From assembly GCA_000002445.1 (NCBI GenBank), contig CH464491.1, forward strand, positions 1,504,001 to 1,568,000: 64,000 bases of DNA, read 5' to 3'. This stretch comes from Trypanosoma brucei. Lineage: Eukaryota. Positions 50,090-60,748 of this stretch are shown here, piece by piece. The position numbers and the translations under genes were made by a program. A model generated the notes under the pieces. The model saw nothing but the letters and a program-made list of their open reading frames with translations. It was not told where the DNA came from and searched no databases. How positions within the stretch are numbered: position 1 is the stretch's first letter; each line of letters starts with the position of its first letter.

Positions 50090-52402
50090 ATGGAATCGGA
50101 TGCGGGTGTGGTGCAAGTAACCAACTTCCGGGGCGGCTTCACCGGAGAGGATGATTTGAACAACGGTGAACGTCAGCAGGATGAGGCAATCGACTTAAAG
50201 CTCATTTTCAAAGAATTTGTTGAACGGTTTCGTGTCCATAACGACCATTTATACATGGCTATGCTTCGAGGTAACCTTGCAGCAGGGCTTTTTTTTATGG
50301 AAGTGGAAATGTCACATATACAACAATTTAGCAGTGCTGTATTTAACGCAATTCTTTCAACGCCTACACGTGCACTACCATTATTTGAGCATGCTGTTTG
50401 GGAGCTAGCGCAGGAACACAAGCTACTACCACCGCTAAGTCGTCGCAGTAGTATACAGCTTCAACTGTATTGGGGGGTACCACCCACTCCGCTACGCCTA
50501 CTTGCTCAAGCCTCTGTTGCTCGTTTGGTATGTGTAAGCGGCATTGTTGTTAAGGTAAGTGCCTGTCATGCCCGATGTGTACGTGCCGCTATCCAGTGCA
50601 CGAGTTGTAGCAGTAAAACATACATCAATGGTGGGAGAAGCGTCGACTTACCTCCGCATTGCTTAGAGAATGGTGGTCGTGGGACGGCGACCGGCGGCGC
50701 AGGGTTTGGAGGCGGAGTTGGACAGCGTAAATGTAGACCAAACCCGTACACACTGCTCCCTATGGAGTGTGAATACGAGGACCAGCAGATCATAAAAGTG
50801 CAAGAACTTCCGGAAGATGTCCCAACTGGTGAGTTGCCACGTCACGTAACGGTTGTTGTGGACCGGTACTTGGTTGACCGTGTGAGTCCAGGGTCTCGGG
50901 TGCAGATTGCTGGCATTGTCTCCGTGCAGGAGAAGCGCGGGGGTGTGGAAGGAGGTGGTAGAAAGGGAAGTAAAGGGACACGTGCCGCTGCGGGACTTCG
51001 TGCTCAATACCTTCGGTGCGTCGGTCTCATGTTCATCACTGCGAAGGACGGTGGAGCTTCCGTTCAAAGCGTCAATCAGAACTTTTCCTCTCGGGTCCGC
51101 TCTCAGTCGCGAATGGCGTGGCAGGTGGAGGAAGAAGCAGCATTTCAACGCTTCGCAGAGCAGGGTGATGTGTACGAGCGACTTGCACAAAGCATAGATC
51201 CCGCTATCTTTGGTTTGCAAGACCAGAAGAAGGCGATTGTTTGCCTTTTGTTTGGTGGTACGAGGAAACGACAGGGTAGTAATTATTTACGTGGTGATAT
51301 GAATGTGCTCTTTATCGGGGATCCTTCCACAGCGAAGTCGCAACTACTCAAGTTCACAGAAAAAGTAGCCCCGATTGGTATATATACATCCGGTAAGGGA
51401 AGTAGTGCAGCTGGTCTAACAGCATCTGTCATATCTAGTGGAAATGGTGACTTTGTGCTCGAAGCAGGTTCGATGGTGCTTGCGGATGGGGGTGTCGTTT
51501 GCATTGATGAGTTTGACAAAATGAGGGAGCAGGACCAAGTGGCGATCCATGAGGCTATGGAACAGCAGACTATATCCATTGCTAAGGCTAACCTCACGAC
51601 GATGCTTAACAGCAGGACGAGCGTATTAGCAGCTGCCAATCCAACGTTGGGTAGTTACGATCCGCTTCGATCAAATGAAGACCAAATGGACTTTCAGAGT
51701 TCCATCCTTTCTCGCTTTGACCTCATTTTCAAGGTAATTGACCCACGTAACCCCGAAGTTGATAATAAACTCGCGCAGCACGTGATCAATCTACATAAAG
51801 GGGGTAGTGCTCGTCATTCACATAGTACGACAACAGCAGTTGTTGAACGTTCTTTCTTCACAAAATATATCTCATACGCCAGAGCTACTCGTCATCCCCG
51901 TATTTCAGAGGACGCCATGTCTGTGCTGCTAGACTTTTACGTTCATGTTCGTCGTGAGGCACATCAGCAAACCCTCGATGCATTGTCCAACTCCGGTGGG
52001 ACGAAGGCTCAGACTCCTATCATTCAAGTAACTGCGCGCCAGCTGGAGAGTCTTGTGCGAATAACGGAGTCCATGGCTCGCATGCGTCTCGATGTACTCG
52101 CCCACCGCGCAGATGCGGAAGAAGCTATACGACTCTTTAAGTCAGCGACGGTGGATGCAATCAAGAGTGGTGTGAGTGATCAAAGTATGACCGCTGCTCA
52201 AAGTGAATTAGTTCTCCGTATTGAGGATGCGTTGCGAAGGCGGGTAGCACTCGGCGCAACGGTGGAACATAGCCGACTAATGTCGGAGATGGCTCGCGTC
52301 GGTTTCGATGTGAAGCTTGTGGAGCGTGCCATCTATGCAATGATGAAGCGCGAAGAATTGGAGTGGCGGAGGCAGCGCACCCAAATTCATCGGTTACGTT
52401 AA
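50090..52402 (+). CDS. MCM5: Replicative helicase subunit MCM5 (minichromosome maintenance 5).
   Basis: It has the MCM box GDPSTAKSQLLKF (Walker A), CIDEFDKM (Walker B) and SRFDLIF (arginine finger). The blocks IGIYTSGKGSSAAGLTASV and VAIHEAMEQQTISIAKA are conserved with MCM5. The block KVQELPEDVPTGELPRHV..DRYLVDRVSPGSRV and the C-terminal winged-helix tail align specifically with MCM5 orthologues. ATG at 50090. Confidence 0.92.
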   Translation: MESDAGVVQVTNFRGGFTGEDDLNNGERQQDEAIDLKLIFKEFVERFRVHNDHLYMAMLRGNLAAGLFFMEVEMSHIQQFSSAVFNAILSTPTRALPLFEHAVWELAQEHKLLPPLSRRSSIQLQLYWGVPPTPLRLLAQASVARLVCVSGIVVKVSACHARCVRAAIQCTSCSSKTYINGGRSVDLPPHCLENGGRGTATGGAGFGGGVGQRKCRPNPYTLLPMECEYEDQQIIKVQELPEDVPTGELPRHVTVVVDRYLVDRVSPGSRVQIAGIVSVQEKRGGVEGGGRKGSKGTRAAAGLRAQYLRCVGLMFITAKDGGASVQSVNQNFSSRVRSQSRMAWQVEEEAAFQRFAEQGDVYERLAQSIDPAIFGLQDQKKAIVCLLFGGTRKRQGSNYLRGDMNVLFIGDPSTAKSQLLKFTEKVAPIGIYTSGKGSSAAGLTASVISSGNGDFVLEAGSMVLADGGVVCIDEFDKMREQDQVAIHEAMEQQTISIAKANLTTMLNSRTSVLAAANPTLGSYDPLRSNEDQMDFQSSILSRFDLIFKVIDPRNPEVDNKLAQHVINLHKGGSARHSHSTTTAVVERSFFTKYISYARATRHPRISEDAMSVLLDFYVHVRREAHQQTLDALSNSGGTKAQTPIIQVTARQLESLVRITESMARMRLDVLAHRADAEEAIRLFKSATVDAIKSGVSDQSMTAAQSELVLRIEDALRRRVALGATVEHSRLMSEMARVGFDVKLVERAIYAMMKREELEWRRQRTQIHRLR

Positions 52403-52997
52403 CATAGATATATAGATTACTTTTAATAGACCCTGCGCAACTGCGTCCTCCCATATTTACCTTCCTTAACTTCTTCTTACTTGGGTACCTTTTGCGAGTT
52501 AATCTTTTCAGTGTAGTAAAGAAACGTTTACTTTGCCTGACTCTTTCATTATGTAATAACCACCAATATCGGTAATGTAACTGGTAGTTGTTGCTAAGGC
52601 GCAAGTTTCAAGACCGTGAGGTGAAGCTGTTATTTCTGCTGAGATATAGTATGTGCCTCGTTTCTTAAAATCAACATTTACACAAATATATATATATATA
52701 TATTAACCTCTCAGAAGCGTGAACCAGCACACTAAGGCGCCTCTGATGCAGCCGTTCAACCAGTGGGATGGATTCAATATTATTGGGAGGTTTTTTTTTC
52801 ACTATATAGTATTACACAGCTGGTTTGTTGCACATTTACAAAAAAAAAGCACTTACTTTCTCTCTAATGTTAACTCGTTGCTTTCCATTTCTAATTTATC
52901 ACATCTAATGCATTATTGAAACGTTTTGTAAACAACAATTTGGTGTCAATCAAATGGGGGCGAAGCTTTACAACTTCTTCAACAGTATTAGTGGCGA

Positions 52998-54311
52998 ATG
53001 GTAAGAAAGGAGGAAGAAAAAGTTTCAGAGGAGCCCCTAGCGTTTAAAAGATGCCAACATCCGAAGGAGATTAGGGCGGGGCGGAAGACGAAACGAGATA
53101 AGACCGTGTTGAAAAACGTTTATTCGAAAGAGAATGGACAGGTCCAGCTAACAAACAGCCTTATTACCACAAGGCGTCGCAGAAATTTGTTGAATATATG
53201 GTTGGATGCTCGAGGAAACGTAGAAGTCAACTCTTTTGATAGAGTGGGTTGTGGTGAGGCTACTGCTAGTCGATTCAACAATGGTGCGGTCATCGCCCCA
53301 GGCACTGTTAATATACCGAACTTTAAAGTGGGGTCACTGGAAATTTATCGCCGCTTCCCATTAGTGTATGACTATCTCATGCAGCACCACGATTGTAGTG
53401 CCATCGAGATGTATCTTCATGAGGTCTTGACAGTTTTGCAGGAGAAGACCTTACCTACGGTGACTGCAGGTACACTCAACGTAATGGACGGGTTCGAGAA
53501 TGGTCAGAAATCAAAGAGCGTCACCATTGCTGTGGCGGATTTCGGATGTGGCACCGGCCGCATTAGCTGCATGTTGTCTCGTCACAGTGCCGTTGGTGCA
53601 TTGTACTGTTATGACAGCGAAGCAGCGATGCTAGGTCCATGTATTGACAACGTGGTGCGCAGCATAGCAAAATCACGACTCGATGTGCGCGATATTTGCA
53701 TTATTCCCCACGGCGACTGTTCACTACCCACGAAAAGGGATGAGTGCTTATATATAGGCGAAGAGAGTAATGGTAGTGAGGCTGCCACTGATGCCCCTCG
53801 AATCACAACAATGAAACTGTGCGTGCGCCCGTACAGTTTTCAGAATGTTCAACAAGGTGCCCTTAAGAATCATGCGCGTTGTCGTCTCATTGTTTGTGCA
53901 TGGTCACTTTCATATGTTATGCGTGCACACTGGGGCGCCGATCGCTGGCATACCGTAGTCGACGAGACCATCAATAGCCTTCTACAGCTGCTTGAAACTA
54001 CAGCTGTATCGCTTGCAAATGAAGGCAATGAAGTGACTGAGGACTCTGGCTCCTCAGCACTCATCATCATTGAAACCTTAGGAACCAACACAACGGAGCC
54101 ACGCCGACACAACACGCTGCTAGAACGGTTGGAGACGCATCACGGCTTCCAGCGACGGTGGGTGCGCACAGATTATAACTTCCGTGAACCTACGGAAGCA
54201 GTACAACTTACTCGCTTCTTTTTCGGAGAAACCCTGGCGCAGCGTCTGTCTGAATCTGGGAGTACCACACTGCCGGAATGCACGGGTATATGGACTCGCT
54301 GGAGAAAATAG
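52998..54311 (+). CDS. Putative SAM-dependent methyltransferase; hypothetical.
   Basis: VTIAVADFGCGTGRIS fits Rossmann MTase motif I (hhDhGCGTG). It is a 437-aa ORF with ATG at 52998. The family is not identified. Confidence 0.5.
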   Translation: MVRKEEEKVSEEPLAFKRCQHPKEIRAGRKTKRDKTVLKNVYSKENGQVQLTNSLITTRRRRNLLNIWLDARGNVEVNSFDRVGCGEATASRFNNGAVIAPGTVNIPNFKVGSLEIYRRFPLVYDYLMQHHDCSAIEMYLHEVLTVLQEKTLPTVTAGTLNVMDGFENGQKSKSVTIAVADFGCGTGRISCMLSRHSAVGALYCYDSEAAMLGPCIDNVVRSIAKSRLDVRDICIIPHGDCSLPTKRDECLYIGEESNGSEAATDAPRITTMKLCVRPYSFQNVQQGALKNHARCRLIVCAWSLSYVMRAHWGADRWHTVVDETINSLLQLLETTAVSLANEGNEVTEDSGSSALIIIETLGTNTTEPRRHNTLLERLETHHGFQRRWVRTDYNFREPTEAVQLTRFFFGETLAQRLSESGSTTLPECTGIWTRWRK

Positions 54312-54621
54312 GTTTTGTTTAGTTCCTGAGAACGCGTAATCACATATCCTCTTTCACACACTGGGCTGTATATTCTTCAACTTTCAACTCGTATCGCCGT
54401 TTTTTACTATTTTTTTTTTTTACTTTATGGGGAAAAGAGTGTGATAACGTACTGTGTGTTTCTCATTATGATATTTTTGTTTTTTTTGCTTCTTCTGTCT
54501 TCGTTAATATTTTACGTGGTCAACGACAACTTTCGCCGGTATGGTGGATAATGGTGCTTGAGTAAGGAGCCAGAGAAAGGAAAAAAAAAGGACCCACAGG
54601 AATATATCCGCCCATTTGAGC

Positions 54622-56871
54622 ATGAAAATATTGCACACACGCGCGGCAGCAGAGCCCATATTATTGGCTACAACCTGTCACAATATGAATCTTCTTGCTG
54701 TTGTCACCAAATCACTGGTCGTTGTGTACCGCTCAACTACACTCACGGTTGTAACGCAGTTTGCGCTATCGATCCCAGCCGATGAAACGTCGGTTTGTGC
54801 TTGCTGGTCACCCTCAGGCCGCCTGCTGGTGATTGGACTGCAGAACGGTGAAGCGTTTCTTCTCGATGTTGAAAGCGGCGATCTCGTACGGCGATTTGTT
54901 CCACGTAGCGATGCAGAGTGCTCCAGCATTATGGTAGAGGACATTAGTGGTGGCACTGCACCCGCACCGGCCGCAGGTGATGCGGACAACGATGGGGATG
55001 ACGAGGGAGTTGGCAAAAGTTACGATCCCTTGCGACAACCACCAGTGCTGTTCACGTCGATGAAAGGCGCCATCATGGCCTGCACGTGGACGACGGTAGC
55101 CTCCCAGGTGTCCTCAACTAATCGGCATCAGGAACGCTGCTTACCTCTTCGTACCACCGTATTGTCTCCTATTCTTGATGAGTTGGAGCGTGAAGATGAG
55201 ACTCCGGTGCTAATTCTCCTTGACCAAGAAGGGGGCTTGAGTTTTCTTCCCGGAGGAATGCGAGAGGTTTGCTTCGTTCCGGCAAGGTTACCGGTCAATC
55301 TAACCCCAAATCTTGCGTGCGTGGACACGTTTGTCGTTTGCAAACCATCAACTGCAGCTGGAAAGGAGGGCGATTCCGGTGGCTTGGCGTTAAAACACCT
55401 TGATTGTGCGACTGGTGACAGTTCCAAACGTGATGCCGATAACGCGGTAGCAGCACATGTGGCGTATTTGGTTGTGCGCCGCTCCTTATCAAAGGAGCAC
55501 CCGCACGTGATACGCTTTGATTTGTCTCCAATAATCGCAAGCGCAACTCGTCGTGATGTTGTTTCTGTGTGCTGCATTGCGGAATACTGCCGTATGGGCA
55601 GGGACTGCTTCTTGTACTCGCTTCGACGGTGGACCAATCTCATTTGCACCGTTCACAACGATATGTTCCTCCCGAAGAATGCGATGCTGCTGCGCGATTC
55701 TCTGGTAGAGGAGATCGCTCACCCACAGGAGAAGGAGGTTATGAAGTATTTTAATGCTGTCAACTTAGCGACACTGGTGAATGACGCAGAGGAACTTTCG
55801 CAGCAGCTGAAGCAACTGATACTTCAGATATCAAACGTTGCGTACCGCTGTTATGATATTGCTCTTCACATATCCGAGGCTCATTGTGCGGATCGTCAAC
55901 GACAACGTCTTCTTCTTAGCGTGATTGGGAACCTTCGACTCCGCTGTAGCAACCTCATGCGCGAGATGCGACATGGGGCAGAGCGTGAGAAGGAACTACT
56001 GCAGTGGGTTATACAACGCGCTGCTTTACTAACGAATGCCACTCCACCAGCAACTGACGTCCTTTTGCTAAATGAACCTCTCCGAGCCCGCTGGCATTCC
56101 ATGCTGCTTCGTACACTTCATCGCATTGGGCATGGGGAGTCCGCTGTTACCTCCTTGGTTGATGAAAAGGGCATGAGGAATGAGGTGGACCTAGCACAAA
56201 TAGTAAAGTCGTGTATGCCGCGCCATTATGAAGTTACTGGCTACGACTTGCCTCTAGTTTGCCAGCAGAGTGATCCAGTACACATTCGTCAATGCGAAAT
56301 ACTCATTAGCGACAAAACAAGTTTTGCAGTTGATGGCGTCATGCTGCGAACGGTGGCGCTTACGCGGGAAGAACCGTTTCAGCCCTTAACCGCATTCTTT
56401 GTCCTTGAGCGTCAACCAGGTGCCGGTAGTGTCTTCAGGCAGGTACAGGAATGGGTGTCTGTAGAGACCCAACAACTACAACTCACAGTTGATACCGCTT
56501 CATTTTTATGGAGTGCAGTAGTTGATGAAGAGAGCCATTGTGTTGTGCTATGGGAGCAGAAGGTCACATCTCAAACACCGTCAGCAGCTCTTACAGGTGC
56601 AGCAGCGAACACTTGGGCGGAGCAAACTTTGGTGTTAGCCCTCACCGATGAAAATGGGGCTCTGGAGTTGCACAATGAAGGTGTGGATGAGAGTGTCGAT
56701 GAAACGGGTGGCAATGCTACGGAAACTAGCGCCCAAGGGGCGAAATATGCGGTGCTTGAGGTTAAGGGCATTTCCACGAAACATCTGAGGGTGTCCGTGA
56801 GTCAAGTAAGAGGGTTTGGCGTGCTGTATGCCAAGGAGCGCTTTGTTGTTGTTGATTTTTACCGTGGCTAG
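54622..56871 (+). CDS. Hypothetical protein of about 750 aa with an N-terminal beta-propeller-like region that weakly resembles APC4.
   Basis: The first ATG is at 54622. WSPSGRLLVIGLQNGEAFLLDVESGDLVRRF looks like a WD-repeat blade. The APC4-like interpretation is from memory only and weak. Confidence 0.5.
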   Translation: MKILHTRAAAEPILLATTCHNMNLLAVVTKSLVVVYRSTTLTVVTQFALSIPADETSVCACWSPSGRLLVIGLQNGEAFLLDVESGDLVRRFVPRSDAECSSIMVEDISGGTAPAPAAGDADNDGDDEGVGKSYDPLRQPPVLFTSMKGAIMACTWTTVASQVSSTNRHQERCLPLRTTVLSPILDELEREDETPVLILLDQEGGLSFLPGGMREVCFVPARLPVNLTPNLACVDTFVVCKPSTAAGKEGDSGGLALKHLDCATGDSSKRDADNAVAAHVAYLVVRRSLSKEHPHVIRFDLSPIIASATRRDVVSVCCIAEYCRMGRDCFLYSLRRWTNLICTVHNDMFLPKNAMLLRDSLVEEIAHPQEKEVMKYFNAVNLATLVNDAEELSQQLKQLILQISNVAYRCYDIALHISEAHCADRQRQRLLLSVIGNLRLRCSNLMREMRHGAEREKELLQWVIQRAALLTNATPPATDVLLLNEPLRARWHSMLLRTLHRIGHGESAVTSLVDEKGMRNEVDLAQIVKSCMPRHYEVTGYDLPLVCQQSDPVHIRQCEILISDKTSFAVDGVMLRTVALTREEPFQPLTAFFVLERQPGAGSVFRQVQEWVSVETQQLQLTVDTASFLWSAVVDEESHCVVLWEQKVTSQTPSAALTGAAANTWAEQTLVLALTDENGALELHNEGVDESVDETGGNATETSAQGAKYAVLEVKGISTKHLRVSVSQVRGFGVLYAKERFVVVDFYRG

Positions 56872-57428
56872 TTGCGAAAGGGGATCAAGCGCAATCGAGT
56901 TTAGTGTCCCAGGAAATTACCATTCGGGAACTGTTCTGTATTGTATTACTTAGCAGTTCATTGTAGTTGCCCCGAGTGTCGCTACGGTCTCTGGTAAATT
57001 CATAGAGAGCGGTTCCTTTTACCATCCGATTGCTGTACGTGGGTACACGTGCGGCGCAACTGCTAGAAGTTGGGCTTCGGAACGAGACGGAACCTTGTGT
57101 CGGTGTCACCCGAAGTCTACACAATTCTTACAACATATCCTACTCTCTGTTGTATATTTTTGTTACGCGCAATTTCTTTGCCTCTACGACTGATGCACGA
57201 TGTTTCATGTGTTTCCTTCCGTGTAATTTTTTTCACCGTATGTACAACATCTCCCATCCCCCTTTTCTTTTTGATACCCAAATTGCTCCATTTCAAAGAA
57301 ACATAACCTATTACACAAAGTCACGGGTCAGGCGCATTTTATTTTTATTTACTTGTTTATTATTATTATTATTATTTTCCGGGGAATACACACAGTTATT
57401 TATTTAATTGAGCCACCCAACACATAAA

Positions 57429-57788
57429 ATGACTGAAGCACTCTACAACTTCATCGAGAGCGAGCGCTTCCAGCGGGTCTCGGGTATTGTTTCCAGCGGC
57501 GCGAGCACCATTTACCAATGGTTGAGTGAGCGGGCGTGGGCCGTGTACACAACAGGCGCCTTCGTTTCTGTTCTTGTTGCCCTTGGAAGTGCACACGAAA
57601 AGCAAATATTGGCGGATCACCTCTATGGTTCTCATGCACCTCTCCAACAGCAGCAGGAACGAAGCAATACCATAGAAGGTGGGAAGAAATTACTACAAGA
57701 GGAGGCCTCTCAGGGAGTCCGGCAGGTTGTGTGGATGATGCCTCGTGAGGATTTCATGCAGGAGTATCGTGAACGTCATGGCATTTAA
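57429..57788 (+). CDS. Small hypothetical protein of about 119 aa with one hydrophobic segment.
   Basis: The first ATG is at 57429 (57408 is a TTG). There is a TM-like segment AVYTTGAFVSVLVALGSA. It lies in the PTU orientation between larger genes. Confidence 0.35.
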   Translation: MTEALYNFIESERFQRVSGIVSSGASTIYQWLSERAWAVYTTGAFVSVLVALGSAHEKQILADHLYGSHAPLQQQQERSNTIEGGKKLLQEEASQGVRQVVWMMPREDFMQEYRERHGI

Positions 57789-57875
57789 TGAACGAGTGAC
57801 GGGCAGTAGAGTTAAAGGGTGAAAGAAAAAAGACAGTAGATGATGTGGGTCATGAAGAAAGTGTGTTGTTGTGCT

Positions 57876-57880
<5 letters not shown>

Positions 57881-57911
<31 letters not shown>
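57881..57911. repeat. (GT)n microsatellite of about 15 units, intergenic.
   Basis: gtgtgtgtgtgtgtgtgtgtgtgtgtgtgtg seen directly. It accounts for the HTHTHTHT artefact ORFs on the minus strand. Confidence 0.95.
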
Positions 57912-57912
<1 letters not shown>

Positions 57913-59146
57913 TAGTGAAACAGTTTAGACAATGCGCGGTGGTGAATTGTAGGCTATTCGGAGAGGCTTCGCGTCTTCTACCACAGTGGTGCACTCTTTG
58001 GTGTTAGTTTACCTTTGTTGCCATCAAGTGATGGGGAAGAAGGAAGGCTGATATATATATTTATAAAGTTATTCTCTCCCTTTTTAACGAGGATGGAAAA
58101 AATATTGCATGTTGAAGTTGAAAAAAAGTCACGTGGACAATATCGATGTTGTTCTTTCTTTAGGAATGCTGTGGGTGCCGATGAATGAGTGTTCTACCGC
58201 TGTTATTATTGTTTCTTTTCGCTTGTGTGTGGAAAAAGCTTCATGAACTCACCGAACACGCCACAACATCTCGTTCACCTCTTTGCAGAAACGATAACAC
58301 TGAATATTTCATTGTGCGAGATCGGCGTGCAAAGCATTTTTGTTGTTCTTTTTTTTAAAAAAAAACTTTGTGTTGTGTTGTTGTCGCTGTTTATTTTTTT
58401 TTTTTCCTCTTTGGTGATTTGTTGAGGTGTACGCACACGTTACTGACGCAACGCCACAATACTCGCGTTCCGCCGATTAAAAGCTGGAGAAACCGATCAG
58501 ATGTGTTGCCTAAATGTGTTCCTCGTTCCATTGTGATTCAAAGAAGGCTGTTAAAAATTATGATATCTGAGGATGAAGCCGACGGAAAAAGGAACAAAGC
58601 AAAGGCAATGGTGAATGAAGTAAGAGAGAGGAAATGAGAAGGTTCCGGCACATCAGCATCTTCATCTTTTTTTCCTTTTTGTTGGATGTGCTGTGATTAG
58701 GGGGGGGGAAATAATTTTTTAAAAAAAAAGTAGGTCTCGTGTAACGGATAAATGCGAGTTAGCGAAAAGTATAGCAACACTACTGAACACATACTAACAC
58801 GCAAACAGTACACTGCCGTCAGTGGTCGCTCAACTCGCGCTGAGAGAAAAATGACTTGGCCCTGTAGTTTGCCGCAGAGGCTCTGCTGCACTTCAAATAC
58901 CACTTACATTTCCACCTTCTTGTATTTTCTTTATTATTATTTTATTTATGGTTTGTATGTCTTCTGAAGGTGGAAGGGTGACGGGTGCCCTCCACGCTAT
59001 CTTTACCAAAGGTTGTGTCGCTAGTTGCACATAAGGTTAGTAACAAATTATTTAGTGTTAACCCTACGGTCGCCACCTGCCTCTGTTAAGACATATATTT
59101 GCTTACCCCTATTGCGTTTGGTTAAGCATTTGGTTACTTGCAACTG

Positions 59147-60280
59147 ATGAAAGGCGATGATTCTGTTCATGGAGATGCAACGACTGACCTTCAGTCCCCT
59201 CGGGAAGATGTTGTAACTATGGCTAGTGACGGGGATCATATGATCCGTAAAAGCTTAAAGGACAGTAACAGTGATGCCCCAATCTTTGGGGAGTTGTTGG
59301 ATGCTGAGGTTACTGTTAACCCAATGAAACTCCGCGAAGCCTCCCGCGCGGGGATTCCCCCATTGTACCGCAGTGCTGTGTACCGATATCTCTTAGGGGT
59401 CTCATTTGTTGATAAGTCACGTGAGATGACGGTGGAACGCATGCAAGAAAAGGATTTCGAGCAACTTGAGGCAACTTTTGCTCAAATTGTAGCATGCGAT
59501 GAAAAGGGGGGGTCAACGCGGTGTCATGCCTCGCATGCACTCTTTGCAGCTAATTGCGACACCATGATGACACGGAGGGAGAGCAAATTTGTGAATGGGT
59601 ATCGCTGCTCAGATCGCTTCTCTACTTTTGGTTGCACGACGTGGCTCGCAGTTCTCGCCCGACTGAAGTATATGCCTCAGTTTGTTGGAAACCATGAACG
59701 TCGTCAACGTATTGAATCCGCATGGAGGGCTTTGTACGTCTGTCACTCGGAGGCAACGCCAGATGAGGTAAACTACATCTTTGAGCTTGCCATTGCTTTC
59801 GAAGCAGTGTACAGTACTGCACGAGACATATATTTTTCCGTAGAATCAATATACCACTTGTTGACGCATCATAACAATGTGCTTCAAAACAAGCAATGCC
59901 TACAACACCACTGTGGTGTGTTTTTAATGTTGTTTCGTGCTACAAACTTTGAGTTATATCGCCACTTCGTAACTGAAGGCGTTTCAGTACTTGATTGGGT
60001 GCCGGGGATACTTACGACACTGCTTGCTGGACGACTGCATGTGGAGGATTTGCTTCGGTTGTGGGATGTGTACTTCGCGGATGCTCAGAACTGCTTAGGT
60101 TTTCCGCTGCATCCGTATGTATGTCTAGCCATTCTGGCAGAGATGACTGAGGTGCTGATCGAATGCGAGAAGTCGGGCATTATTGAACTTTTGCAAAATA
60201 TGCCGCGCATGAGAATGGGGTGTATCATTCAGAGGGCTATCGCGCTAAAGGAGTCGGTACTTTCACAAGGACTGCTTTAG
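59147..60280 (+). CDS. TBC (Rab-GAP)-domain-like protein.
   Basis: GIPPLYRSAVYRYLLGVS matches the TBC arginine-finger block (GIP...R..vW.lLlG). The size, about 378 aa, is compatible with a stand-alone TBC domain. The first ATG is at 59147 (59138 is a TTG). Confidence 0.55.
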   Translation: MKGDDSVHGDATTDLQSPREDVVTMASDGDHMIRKSLKDSNSDAPIFGELLDAEVTVNPMKLREASRAGIPPLYRSAVYRYLLGVSFVDKSREMTVERMQEKDFEQLEATFAQIVACDEKGGSTRCHASHALFAANCDTMMTRRESKFVNGYRCSDRFSTFGCTTWLAVLARLKYMPQFVGNHERRQRIESAWRALYVCHSEATPDEVNYIFELAIAFEAVYSTARDIYFSVESIYHLLTHHNNVLQNKQCLQHHCGVFLMLFRATNFELYRHFVTEGVSVLDWVPGILTTLLAGRLHVEDLLRLWDVYFADAQNCLGFPLHPYVCLAILAEMTEVLIECEKSGIIELLQNMPRMRMGCIIQRAIALKESVLSQGLL

Positions 60281-60748
60281 AGAGTAAATGGAAAACAGTG
60301 TGTCCACGCCCTCTTCCCCTTCCTTCCCAGTTGTTCTCTCGCAGTACTCTGCGGGTACGTAGGCATGTGCGTGCCAAAGGGCGTAAAACGAAGATATCGG
60401 TAGGAGGTTTTTGCATTTCTTTTCTGTGGGATGTTGTCTTTGTGTATGCTTATCTGGTTTTGCTTGATTTCCTCCTTTCGTCAAGATTGGAAACTCACTC
60501 ATTCGGGGAAGCTGTTGCCACGGATATGGGGTTAAAGAATTTACTTTCTCCCTTTGTGTCCATTCTCTCTCCTTTATTTTCCTACATTGCGCCCTTCGTA
60601 TCGCTCAGCTCGCTCGATTTCACCCACGCTCGTGTGGCCTCCAAAATATTTTGTGACATCGTTTTTATTTTTATTTTGTCTCGCACATATCATCGGAAAA
60701 TGAAAATGATAGATATGCGTTTATACAATAATAACTACACCTTCGGAT

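Noticed and set aside
57693-57994. Minus-strand ORFs containing HTHTHTHT.
   Set aside because: They are translations of the (GT)n microsatellite at 57881-57911, not coding.
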